From an uncultured Rhodothermales bacterium (GTDB lineage: Bacteria; Bacteroidota; Rhodothermia; Rhodothermales; JANQRZ01), in NCBI GenBank assembly GCA_964438105.1, contig CAYTJT010000003.1, positions 1 to 48,377 of the forward strand: a stretch of 48,377 nt of DNA, given 5' to 3'. Of this stretch, positions 18,986-27,492 are shown in pieces. The number at the start of each line of letters is the position of its first letter. Position 1 is the stretch's first letter. The translations under genes were made by a program, and so were the position numbers. Under the pieces are notes generated by a model. It saw only the letters and a list, made by a program, of their open reading frames with translations. It was not told where the DNA came from and made no database searches.

Positions 18986-21900
18986 ATGCCTGCTACTCCC
19001 GTCACGACCTTCTCATTCCAAGCCATCGACAGCGGCAACTCGAAGACGTCGTTCGACGTGCTGACGTTTGAGGGGGAGGAGGACATTTCTCGCCCGTTCG
19101 AGTACCGGCTCACCCTGAAGCACCCCACCGCGCTCGCGGACTTCAGCAAGGTGGTGAACCAGAACGCCGAACTCGTGATGGAGCAGGAGTTCGACGACCC
19201 GGGCTCGGACAACCGCGTGACGACGGAGGTGAAGGTGGCCGGCGTCGTGGCGACGCTGCGGGCGAAGCAGAAGTTCGTCGTGGACGACGGACCGGATTAC
19301 GTGACTTACGAAGCCGTGCTCGTCCCCAAGCTCTGGAGGCTGGGGCTGTTCCACCAGAGCCGCATCTTCCAGAACCGCACCGTCGAACAGATCATCGGCG
19401 ACGTGTTCGCGCAGGAGATCAGCGCCGGCGTCCCCGCCCTCAGCCCCGACGACTACTCGATCAAGCTGGACAGGGCCGCGTACGAGCCGCGTGACTTCTG
19501 CGTGCAGTACCGCGAGAGCGATCTCGCCTTCATCCAGCGCCTCATGGAGCACGAGGGGATCTACTACTTCTTCGACCAGGGCAAGCTGATCATCACGGAC
19601 AGCAAGGCCAAGGCGGAACCGGAATCGGCGACGTCACCCAAGAGTGTGAGCTTCAAGGAGGGGGACGGGGGGACGGTCCAGGCGGACGACGTGATCTTCC
19701 GGTTCCAGTACGACGAGCGGGTCGTGCCGCGGGACGTGCGGGTGCGGGACTACGATTATGAGGCGTTCGCGAGCTCGGAGGAAGTACCGAAGGAGACCGC
19801 GACGTCCAACGCGGGCAGTCCCTCCCCGACGGGGCAGGAATACGCCCGCGTCGGCACGCACTACGAGCACGGGCTCTTCAGCGAGAAACGGCACTTCAAC
19901 CCGTTCAAGAAAAGCGACGACCCCGACCTCTATTCGCAGTACTGCGATGCGGAGGGCAAGCGGAAGGAGCGGGTCACCCGGATCGCCGACGTCCGGGCTC
20001 AGGAGCTAGAGGCGCGGCGCATCAGCGGGCAGGGCAAGTCCAACGTGCTCCGCCTCCAGGCGGGGCACGTCTTCAAGTTCGTCGGGGACTTCCCCTTCCC
20101 CAATGGGGCATCAGACTCCAGCGAATTCCTGGTCACGTCGGTGCACCACCGGTATCACCCCATCGAGATCGATGGGGCGGCGACGGCCTCGTCCGTCTAC
20201 CGCAACGCTTTCACCTGCTTGCCCACCAGCCTGCAGTACCGCCCGCCACGCGCCACGCCGGTCCCTCGCGTGCCCGGCGTGATGACGGCGAAGGTGGTCT
20301 CCGAACCTGAGCCCGTTCCGCCAGATCCGAACGATTCAAAGTACAGCGACCCCATGTACAGCCTGGAGGAAGACACGGAGGCCTACGACAAGGCTTTGGC
20401 CAAGTACAGGGAGTGCTTGCCGTTCGAGGGGCCGGTGGATGAGGAGGGCAAGTACCGGTTGCAGATCCCCTTCGATGCCGCCGACCAGCAGGCGCCGTCG
20501 AAGCGCGTGCGCTTGGCCCAGCCGCACGCCGGGACGGACTACGGCTTCCACTTCCCCAACCGGCCCGACAGCGAGATGGTATTCGCCTGTGTCGACGGCG
20601 ACCCCGACCGCCCGCTCGGGCTCTCGATGGTGGCAAACCCGTGGACCCACTCGCCTGTGCCGACGACGGCACGGGAACTGCGCACTCAGAACCCGTGGAC
20701 GGGTGCTCTCGAAGACAAAACCATCACGTATGACGAATACAAAAATGTTATCCGCACCGCACGTGGTCACCAGATCGTCATGGACGACAATGATGCGAGC
20801 TCGAACGTGGGTATTACGATACAAACAGGTAGCAACATAAACGAAAGTTCGATTTCCAATGTGGATGTCTATTGGAAGACCCGAATCGAGATGGGGGGGT
20901 ACAGGGTCAAGAGCGGGATCGAACAGGTGATCGACGGGGTCACGGAGGCGTTCGGGTGGCTAAAGAACCTGGTGCTCCGAGATCTGCCGAGCTTGTCGGG
21001 GATGATCATGGGCATGGCCGCCTCGCACGTCGAGTCGGGCAACTACGGCGAAGACACCTTCGGCACTACGACTCCTGTGGGAATCGATATGAAAACAGAT
21101 CAGGCCATAAATATTAAGGGCCTGAAGGGGGTGAATATCACATCGCCGAATTTGTTCGGGATGTTCAGTAGCAATTTCGTAGGGGATTCTAAAACGCAGA
21201 AAAACAACCAGCACGCGGTCGAATCTATCGCTAAGGGTATAAAGAAAATCCTGTGGCAAGAAGTGGCCAATGAAGCGGTCAACGATTTCCTAGAGGTCGA
21301 AGAGAGGCGGAAGTCGTACGAGTCGGAGACGTCGAAGCCCTGGAGCCCGCACGTGTTGGAGGGGTTCAAGGTGAGAGAGAATTTCTACAAGCTGCGGATC
21401 AGAGCTTTCGTCAACACTATCCTGAATCGGACCGGTGTAAACGTGTTCTCCGCTGGCGAGCTTAAAATGGCTTCGCTAAACAGCGCAACTGTGGTGGCGG
21501 GTGACGAGGGGATGCTGCTCAAGTCGTTCGGCCCCATCGAGCAAAAAGCAAATACGGGGGTAGATATAAAGACGGATCAGGGGATCTCTATCAAAGCTAC
21601 GGGGAGGCAGTTCGAGGGTAAAGGGGTCGTCAAAGTCATTAAGGGTTGGACGGATGATCTGAAGAAGAAGTCGCCCGTCCTCGGGGTGCCTCTGAGACTG
21701 GTGCTGGACCTAATCGCAAGCACGGATTCCTTCTCTACCAAAGATATAGAAGATTTTGGTATAAACATTCACAACGAAAGCGGTGCCATACATTTGCACA
21801 CAGGGGGGGAGCGGGGAGAGGCCGAGAAGGGGGCGGGCGATATTATGATGAACGCTCATGGTACTGGGAACGTAAGGACATTTTCCAGGCAAGGCCTCCT

Positions 21901-22381
21901 CCATTCGTGGTCTGGAGCTGCGGGCGAGGCATTCTGGATGGAGGTGGGTAAACGTGAGAAAAACGATAAAAACAATCCCCTTGGTAAGGACGCTATTGCG
22001 GGGCTACTCCGCCTGAAGAAGAACAAGGCTCACGCGTTCTCGTCGGAAGAGGTGGTGCTCAACGTGGGCAAGGATTACGAAGACGAAAAGAGTTCGATCA
22101 AAATAGAGGAAAAGAGAATCGCGATCACGTGCGGCGAATCCAGCATCGTCCTCAACAGCGACGGTTTGATCGAAATCATTGGGAAAGATATTATGATTGA
22201 GGGGTCGGGGGATGTGTCGGTCGAGGGTATGAACGTTGACGTAGTGGCTACGCAGGATGCCCACGTCGAAGGCGGGATGTCATTCAGTAGTAAAGGGAAG
22301 ATGACCCAGTTGGAAGGGGAGATGTTCACGGTCAAGGGCAAAATGACCCAGGTGTCAGGCCAAATGATCAAGGTCGGTTAA
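18986..22381 (+). CDS. vgrG: T6SS spike protein VgrG (TssI) with about 550-aa low-GC C-terminal extension
   Basis: gp27-like N-terminus (FEGEEDISRPFEYRLTL). gp5 OB-fold (RVRLAQPHAGTDYGFHFPNRPDSEMVFACVDGDPDRP). Terminal beta-helix-like repeats (ITCGESSIVLNSDGLIEIIGKDIMIEGSGDVSVEG...MIKVG). At 1131 aa it is far longer than the 650-750 aa I would expect for a minimal VgrG. Confidence 0.9.
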   Translation: MPATPVTTFSFQAIDSGNSKTSFDVLTFEGEEDISRPFEYRLTLKHPTALADFSKVVNQNAELVMEQEFDDPGSDNRVTTEVKVAGVVATLRAKQKFVVDDGPDYVTYEAVLVPKLWRLGLFHQSRIFQNRTVEQIIGDVFAQEISAGVPALSPDDYSIKLDRAAYEPRDFCVQYRESDLAFIQRLMEHEGIYYFFDQGKLIITDSKAKAEPESATSPKSVSFKEGDGGTVQADDVIFRFQYDERVVPRDVRVRDYDYEAFASSEEVPKETATSNAGSPSPTGQEYARVGTHYEHGLFSEKRHFNPFKKSDDPDLYSQYCDAEGKRKERVTRIADVRAQELEARRISGQGKSNVLRLQAGHVFKFVGDFPFPNGASDSSEFLVTSVHHRYHPIEIDGAATASSVYRNAFTCLPTSLQYRPPRATPVPRVPGVMTAKVVSEPEPVPPDPNDSKYSDPMYSLEEDTEAYDKALAKYRECLPFEGPVDEEGKYRLQIPFDAADQQAPSKRVRLAQPHAGTDYGFHFPNRPDSEMVFACVDGDPDRPLGLSMVANPWTHSPVPTTARELRTQNPWTGALEDKTITYDEYKNVIRTARGHQIVMDDNDASSNVGITIQTGSNINESSISNVDVYWKTRIEMGGYRVKSGIEQVIDGVTEAFGWLKNLVLRDLPSLSGMIMGMAASHVESGNYGEDTFGTTTPVGIDMKTDQAINIKGLKGVNITSPNLFGMFSSNFVGDSKTQKNNQHAVESIAKGIKKILWQEVANEAVNDFLEVEERRKSYESETSKPWSPHVLEGFKVRENFYKLRIRAFVNTILNRTGVNVFSAGELKMASLNSATVVAGDEGMLLKSFGPIEQKANTGVDIKTDQGISIKATGRQFEGKGVVKVIKGWTDDLKKKSPVLGVPLRLVLDLIASTDSFSTKDIEDFGINIHNESGAIHLHTGGERGEAEKGAGDIMMNAHGTGNVRTFSRQGLLHSWSGAAGEAFWMEVGKREKNDKNNPLGKDAIAGLLRLKKNKAHAFSSEEVVLNVGKDYEDEKSSIKIEEKRIAITCGESSIVLNSDGLIEIIGKDIMIEGSGDVSVEGMNVDVVATQDAHVEGGMSFSSKGKMTQLEGEMFTVKGKMTQVSGQMIKVG

Positions 22382-22408
22382 CGGTCCATCAGACGAACCC
22401 ACGTAGCT

Positions 22409-22738
22409 ATGCCAAAGCCCGCCGCCCAACTCGCCGACAACGCAGGCCACGGTCCCCCCCTCCTCGGGGCCGGCCAGCCGACCGTCCTCATCGCCAACCG
22501 CCCGGCGTGGTGCGTTGGCGACCAGCACACGTGCCCGATCCCGAACGCGCCGCCGCCCGTGGGACCGGGGACGCCGCACGGACCGGGTGTGACCGCGCCG
22601 CCCGGCGCCATCAAGGTGCTCATCAAGAACAAGCCCGCCGCCGCCCTGGGTGACCAGGTGATGGAGCCCGGGGCGGTCGTCCCTCCGATGGTCCCTAACC
22701 CCATCGCGATGGGCGCCCCGACCGTGCTCGTCGGCTGA
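22409..22738 (+). CDS. PAAR-domain spike-tip protein
   Basis: 109 aa. Pattern VLIANRPAWCVGDQHTCP...VLIKNKPAAALGDQV...GAPTVLVG is typical PAAR. Immediately downstream of vgrG. Confidence 0.85.
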   Translation: MPKPAAQLADNAGHGPPLLGAGQPTVLIANRPAWCVGDQHTCPIPNAPPPVGPGTPHGPGVTAPPGAIKVLIKNKPAAALGDQVMEPGAVVPPMVPNPIAMGAPTVLVG

Positions 22739-22747
22739 ACCCGCCTT

Positions 22748-25378
22748 ATGACGATCCGCGCCGACATCGCCACGGGCGAGACCACGCTGGACCGGACCGA
22801 CCTCCGGCTGGAGGGCGCGCTACCGCTCGTGCTCGCGCGGCGCTACCGCAGCGGGGCGCCGGCCGGGATCTTCGGCATGGGGTGGGAGCACGGGCTCGAC
22901 CGGACCCTCCGCGTCGAGGCGGACCGCGTCGTCTACCGCGATGGGGCGGGCCGCGAGACCGTCTTCGCACCGATCCCCGTGGGCATGGAGGCGCGCCACC
23001 CCGAGGGCCTCACGCTCCAGCGCCACGCTGACGGCTACGTCGTCTTCGCCTCGCCCCGCCTGCAGGAGGTTTTTCGGACCGGATCGGGCGGCGGCTCGCT
23101 GCTGCTTGAGCGGATCGTGGACCCCAACGGCAACCGGATCAAGCTGACGTACGCGGGGGACCGGCTTGCGGAGGTCTCGGCCTCGGGCGGACAGCGCGTT
23201 CGGTTTGCCTACGCCGGAGGCGTCGTCACGCAGATCGCCGTTGCGGGCGCGGACGGCCGGGCGGTGCCGGTCCGGACGTTTCGCTACGGGCCGGGCGGCA
23301 CGCTCGTCGCCGAGACCGACGCGGCGGGGCGGACGACGGAGTACGCCTACGACCGCGGCCTCCTCGTGCGCGCGGGCTCCGGCCCCGCTGCGTGGCTAGC
23401 GCAGTACGACGACGGGGGGCGCTGCCTCGCCCTCTGGCGTGCCGACGGGACCGCCGCCACGCACCTCGCCTACGACGCGCTCCGGCAGACGACGCGCGCC
23501 GTCGGCCTCGACGGGAGGCAGACGCTCTACCGCCACGCCCTCGGCACGTCCGGATCGGTCGTGCTCGAACGGGAAGGCGCCGCAGGCGGAGGGCTCCACT
23601 ACTACTACGACGAGGCGCAGCGGCTCATCGGCTACGACGACGCGGGCGGTACCGTCGTCACGTTTCAGCGGGTCGACCCGGCCGAGGGCGAGCTGGTACA
23701 GATCGACGGCGAGCGCCGGTTCCTCACGGCGACGTTGAACGAGGCCGGTCTCATCGCAGCCGTCGAGGGGGGAGGCGAAGGCGCGTTCTCGCTCGACTAC
23801 GATGAGCGGTTCAACCCCGTCCGTCTTACGACTCCGCTCGGGTCGGTGTGGGCGGTCGAGCGCGACGCGAGAGGGCGTGCGTCTGCGGTCGTAAGCCCCA
23901 CGGGGCATCGCGTCATTCTGCGGCGGGAGGGGCCCGCGCTCACGGTCGAGGGACCGGGGGGGGCGAGGCTCTGGCTCACGGCCGACGTGCAGGGGCGGAC
24001 CGCGACGCGGCGCGATCCCTCCGGGCGGGAGATGCGCTTCCGCTACGACGCCGAGGGGCGGCTGACCGACGCCGAGGTCGCAGACGCGTACCGCATCGCG
24101 TGGGAGCGGGACGGTGCGGGCCGCCTCGTCCGCGTCGCGGACTCCGAGCACGCCGAGGCGCGGTGGGTGCGGGACGGCGCCGGCCGCGTCGTAGCCGTCG
24201 AGACCCGGGGGGACCGCGTCCGACTCGACTATGACCTCGCGGGGCGCATCACCGCGGCGACCGGCGAGGCCGGGGTGGTCCGCTTCGCGTACGACGAGCA
24301 GGACCGGCTACGCTACGGACGCGGTCCAGCTTGGATGACCTTCAGCTACGACGAGGGCGAGACGGCGGCGAAGACGGCGGCGTGGCGCCGGGTCTTCGGG
24401 CCGAACGACGAACTCCTCGGAGAGCAGGTAGAGGCGGAGAGCCTCCGTTTCCGCTACCGCGGAACGGGCGAGCTGCTCGCCCTCGAGACGAAGCGGGGCG
24501 ATGAGAAAGAGGCGCACCGGATCACCTACGATGAAGAGGGCCGGCCGACCCGAGTCGAGCGGGGCGGAGCCGCCGCGCTGGCCTACGACGCGGACGGGGT
24601 GCTCAGAGCCGTGACGGCAGATCCGGACGGCGAGGCGGTCGCCCTCCGCTTGGAATACGACGACCGGCTTCACCTCTCGTCGCTCTGCCGTGGCGCGTCG
24701 TCGTGGCACGCCGTCGTCGATGCGGCCGGCCGGCTGACCGACGTGGGAGAAGTGAAGCTCCGCTACGACGCGCTCGACCGGTGCGTTGCCGTCCGGGTGG
24801 GAGAGAGGGGCGAACGGCCAACGCGGGGCGAAGGCGCGGAACGGGTGGAGCTAGGGGAGGGGCTGAGCGTGATCGTAGCGGAGCGCGGCGTCGCGCTCGT
24901 CGCCGAGGTAGCGGGAGTGCCCATTCCTCTGTGGGCGCGCGAGGAAGTGCGGCGGCAGCCGCTCCCCCTGCCTGCGCGGCTCGCACGCGCCCTCGTGCGG
25001 GGCCCTCAGGCGGCGCTCGCATCGGCGTGGGAGGGGCCGGGCCCGCCCGGCGACGGGTGGCGGCGGCTCGCGAGCGCCGTCGATGCGAGCGCCGCGTTTC
25101 CGAGCATGTCCGCCCTCGAGCTGCCGTGGCCCGCGTTCGATCTCGGGGTGTTGGCTCGGTATGACCCTCACGCCAGAGAGCGCGGAGCTGGGGTGCTCCC
25201 CCGCGACCAGCCGGACCCCGCGCGTGCGCCCGACGCCGCGCTCACCGGCTCGCACCGCCGAGGCGAGCTCCATCCCCGCTCGTGGGCGGAGCGAGCGCAC
25301 GGCCAGCGGTTGGCCCCTGCGGTCGTGGCCGCCAACCCGGCCGCCTACGCCCTGCACCTCTACCGCGCCCTCACCTGA
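22748..25378 (+). CDS. Rhs/YD-repeat protein, atypical (no recognisable RHS core or toxin boundary)
   Basis: Rhs-type N-terminus (TDLRLEGALPLVLARRYRSG...GMGWEHGLD). Many YD repeats (TEYAYDRG, RFRYDAEGRL, RFAYDEQDRL, ITYDEEGRP, LAYDADGVL, LRYDALDRC). No YYDPxxGRF...DPxGL core motif seen by eye. Start is 9 nt after the PAAR stop. Confidence 0.8.
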   Translation: MTIRADIATGETTLDRTDLRLEGALPLVLARRYRSGAPAGIFGMGWEHGLDRTLRVEADRVVYRDGAGRETVFAPIPVGMEARHPEGLTLQRHADGYVVFASPRLQEVFRTGSGGGSLLLERIVDPNGNRIKLTYAGDRLAEVSASGGQRVRFAYAGGVVTQIAVAGADGRAVPVRTFRYGPGGTLVAETDAAGRTTEYAYDRGLLVRAGSGPAAWLAQYDDGGRCLALWRADGTAATHLAYDALRQTTRAVGLDGRQTLYRHALGTSGSVVLEREGAAGGGLHYYYDEAQRLIGYDDAGGTVVTFQRVDPAEGELVQIDGERRFLTATLNEAGLIAAVEGGGEGAFSLDYDERFNPVRLTTPLGSVWAVERDARGRASAVVSPTGHRVILRREGPALTVEGPGGARLWLTADVQGRTATRRDPSGREMRFRYDAEGRLTDAEVADAYRIAWERDGAGRLVRVADSEHAEARWVRDGAGRVVAVETRGDRVRLDYDLAGRITAATGEAGVVRFAYDEQDRLRYGRGPAWMTFSYDEGETAAKTAAWRRVFGPNDELLGEQVEAESLRFRYRGTGELLALETKRGDEKEAHRITYDEEGRPTRVERGGAAALAYDADGVLRAVTADPDGEAVALRLEYDDRLHLSSLCRGASSWHAVVDAAGRLTDVGEVKLRYDALDRCVAVRVGERGERPTRGEGAERVELGEGLSVIVAERGVALVAEVAGVPIPLWAREEVRRQPLPLPARLARALVRGPQAALASAWEGPGPPGDGWRRLASAVDASAAFPSMSALELPWPAFDLGVLARYDPHARERGAGVLPRDQPDPARAPDAALTGSHRRGELHPRSWAERAHGQRLAPAVVAANPAAYALHLYRALT

Positions 25379-25381
25379 TCT

Positions 25382-26428
25382 ATGGAAACCGCCTCCCTCG
25401 ACACCGATCGGCTTCGACCCGGGGCCGACCTCCGCGGGGCCGACCTCCGGGGCACTCCCCTCCAAGGGGCTAACCTGGAGGGGGCCGACCTCGCTGGAGC
25501 GGATCTCCGCGGCGTCGCCTTCGAGAAGACCCGAATGGCAGGGGTCGACTTCACGGGGGCCGACCTCCGGGGGGCCCGCCTCGCGAATGCCGCGCTGCCT
25601 CGCGCGGTGTTCGCGAGGGCGGACCTGACGGACGCGACGTTCGAGCGGTGCCTGCTCGACGACGCGTCATTCGCGAGCGCCCAGCTCGGCGGGGCCACCT
25701 TCGCGTCGTGCCTCCTCAGCCGGGGGGGCTTCCGCGGGGCCTCGCTCCGAGGCTGTGTCATCGACGCCTCGATCGCAGAAGCGGCGCAGTTCGAGGGGTG
25801 CGATTTGGAGGGGGCGGACCTCAAGGCCACCCTCTTCGCCAACGCCAGCTTCGCCGGGGCCCGGCTCGTCAGCGCGAACCTCGAGCAGGCCCTCCTCACC
25901 GACGCCGACCTCGCCGGGGCGGACTTCACCGATGCCGTGCTCTCCGGCGCCATCCTCGAGAGGGCAAGCGCACCGGGCGCCGTTTTCCGCGGCGCGTTTC
26001 TCGTAGCGACCTTCGCCCGGCGGGCGGACCTCTCGGGGTGCGACTTCTCCGGGGCGAAGCTCTCCGTCGGCACGTTCACGCGGGCCACGCTCGCACGGTC
26101 GACGTTCTTCCACTCGACGGCCGAGAACGCCGTCTTCGAGTACGCCGATCTGCGTGGGGCCAAGCTGAGCCAGTCGTCGTTCAACTTCTCTAACTTCGTG
26201 GGGGCCGAACTCGCCGGGGCGCAGGCAGGGGCGTGCAGCTTCTTCGGCGCCGACTTCTTCTGGGCCTCGGTCGGCGAGTTCGGGCGGGCGCAGTGCGACC
26301 TCGAGTCGGCGCGGATGCCGGAGCCGGTCACGCCGGCCGCCGGGCCCGGCTCCACGCCTCCGCCGGTTCGGCCGGTGCCGCTCTACCGGCAGCCCGCTTC
26401 CGCCGTCGAAACCCGCCCGGGCTCATGA
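25382..26428 (+). CDS. Pentapeptide-repeat protein
   Basis: Almost the entire 348 aa consists of A(D/N)LxG-type pentapeptides (GADLRGADLRGTPLQGANLEGADLAGADLRG...). Pro-rich C-terminal tail. Start is 3 nt after the Rhs stop. Confidence 0.9.
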   Translation: METASLDTDRLRPGADLRGADLRGTPLQGANLEGADLAGADLRGVAFEKTRMAGVDFTGADLRGARLANAALPRAVFARADLTDATFERCLLDDASFASAQLGGATFASCLLSRGGFRGASLRGCVIDASIAEAAQFEGCDLEGADLKATLFANASFAGARLVSANLEQALLTDADLAGADFTDAVLSGAILERASAPGAVFRGAFLVATFARRADLSGCDFSGAKLSVGTFTRATLARSTFFHSTAENAVFEYADLRGAKLSQSSFNFSNFVGAELAGAQAGACSFFGADFFWASVGEFGRAQCDLESARMPEPVTPAAGPGSTPPPVRPVPLYRQPASAVETRPGS

Positions 26429-27480
26429 ACGTCGTCAACGACACACCCTTCGTGGACGGCCTCGCGCTGGGGATGGGGCCGGACCGCCGGTCCTGTCTCG
26501 CCCCCATCCTCAAAGCGACGTTCCGCATGCCCGGCGGCGCCGACGGCGCGCCCGCGCCGGTCGCCGACGAGCAGCTCCCGATCACGGCCGACGACGAGTT
26601 CTACAAAGGCGATGTCACCGGCAGCATCCGGCTCGAAAGCGACGCCGTCCCGTTCAAGCCCCGCGCCGACGTCGTGCTCGTGGGGCGGGCGTACGCGCCG
26701 GGCGGCAAGCCCGTGCCCGTGCTCGACGCCGGGCTCCGCGTCGGGCGGGCGCAGCAGGCCGTCCGCGTCTTCGGCGATCGGCGGTGGGTCTTCCCGACGC
26801 GGCTCGTCCTCGTGCCGGTCGTGTCCGACCCGGAGCCGTTCACCGAGATGCCGCTCGTCTACGAGCGCGCCTTCGGCGGGTTCGACCACAAGGGGCGGGC
26901 GTGGTGCGCGCAGAACCACGTCGGGCGCGGCTTCATCGGGAAGAAGACGCGCGAGTCGGTGGACGGCAAGCCGCTCCCGAACCTCGAGGACCCCCGCCGC
27001 CCGATCCGCTCGTGGGACGACCAGCCCGCGCCCGTCGGGTTCGGGTTCTACGGCCGGAGCTGGCAGCCGCGCGCCGCGCTCACGGGCCGCGCGGTGGACG
27101 ATCTCGACGCCGAGTTCGGCCTGCCCGCTGACTTCGACTTCGGCTTTTACAACGGGGCGCATCCCGCCCTCCAGGTCCCCGGCTACCTCGCCGGGAACGA
27201 GGAGGTCGAGCTTCGGCACCTCACGCCCGACGGCTACCGACGCTTCCGGCTGCCCGGTCTCCGGCCCCGGGTCACCCTCCGGCTCTACGACGGCGCGCCC
27301 GACCCGGACCCCGCCGCCCCCGACGAGCGCCCGGCGAGCGCACACCCGGTCGCCGTTCACCTCGATACCCTCGTGCTCTTCCCCGACGACGGCGTGCTCA
27401 CCGCCGTGTGGCGCGGGCACCACCCGCTCCCCGGCCTCGCCCTCGACACGGTCGCGGGCATCGACTACGCACTCACCTAA
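26425..27480 (+). CDS. DUF2169-family T6SS adaptor-like protein
   Basis: Start is an internal ATG of track ORF 26233..27480 and overlaps the upstream stop as ATGA. MNVVNDTPF...ILKATFRM...DAVPFKPRADVVLVGRAYAPGGKP...VRVFGDRRW matches the DUF2169 pattern as I recall it. Confidence 0.75.
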   Translation: MNVVNDTPFVDGLALGMGPDRRSCLAPILKATFRMPGGADGAPAPVADEQLPITADDEFYKGDVTGSIRLESDAVPFKPRADVVLVGRAYAPGGKPVPVLDAGLRVGRAQQAVRVFGDRRWVFPTRLVLVPVVSDPEPFTEMPLVYERAFGGFDHKGRAWCAQNHVGRGFIGKKTRESVDGKPLPNLEDPRRPIRSWDDQPAPVGFGFYGRSWQPRAALTGRAVDDLDAEFGLPADFDFGFYNGAHPALQVPGYLAGNEEVELRHLTPDGYRRFRLPGLRPRVTLRLYDGAPDPDPAAPDERPASAHPVAVHLDTLVLFPDDGVLTAVWRGHHPLPGLALDTVAGIDYALT

Positions 27481-27492
27481 TTCCTGACCGCC

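Noticed and set aside
20872-21369. Small ORFs on both strands inside the low-GC part of vgrG (20872..21117 +, 20960..21259 -, 21100..21369 -), considered as possible inserted genes.
   Set aside because: The vgrG reading frame runs uninterrupted through the region and ends in a canonical VgrG beta-helix. The small ORFs are overlapping frame noise.
24800-25378. Tried to assign a toxin family and a DPxGL cleavage motif to the Rhs C-terminus.
   Set aside because: No such motif or catalytic signature is visible by eye. It is left as unknown rather than named. An HMM search is needed.
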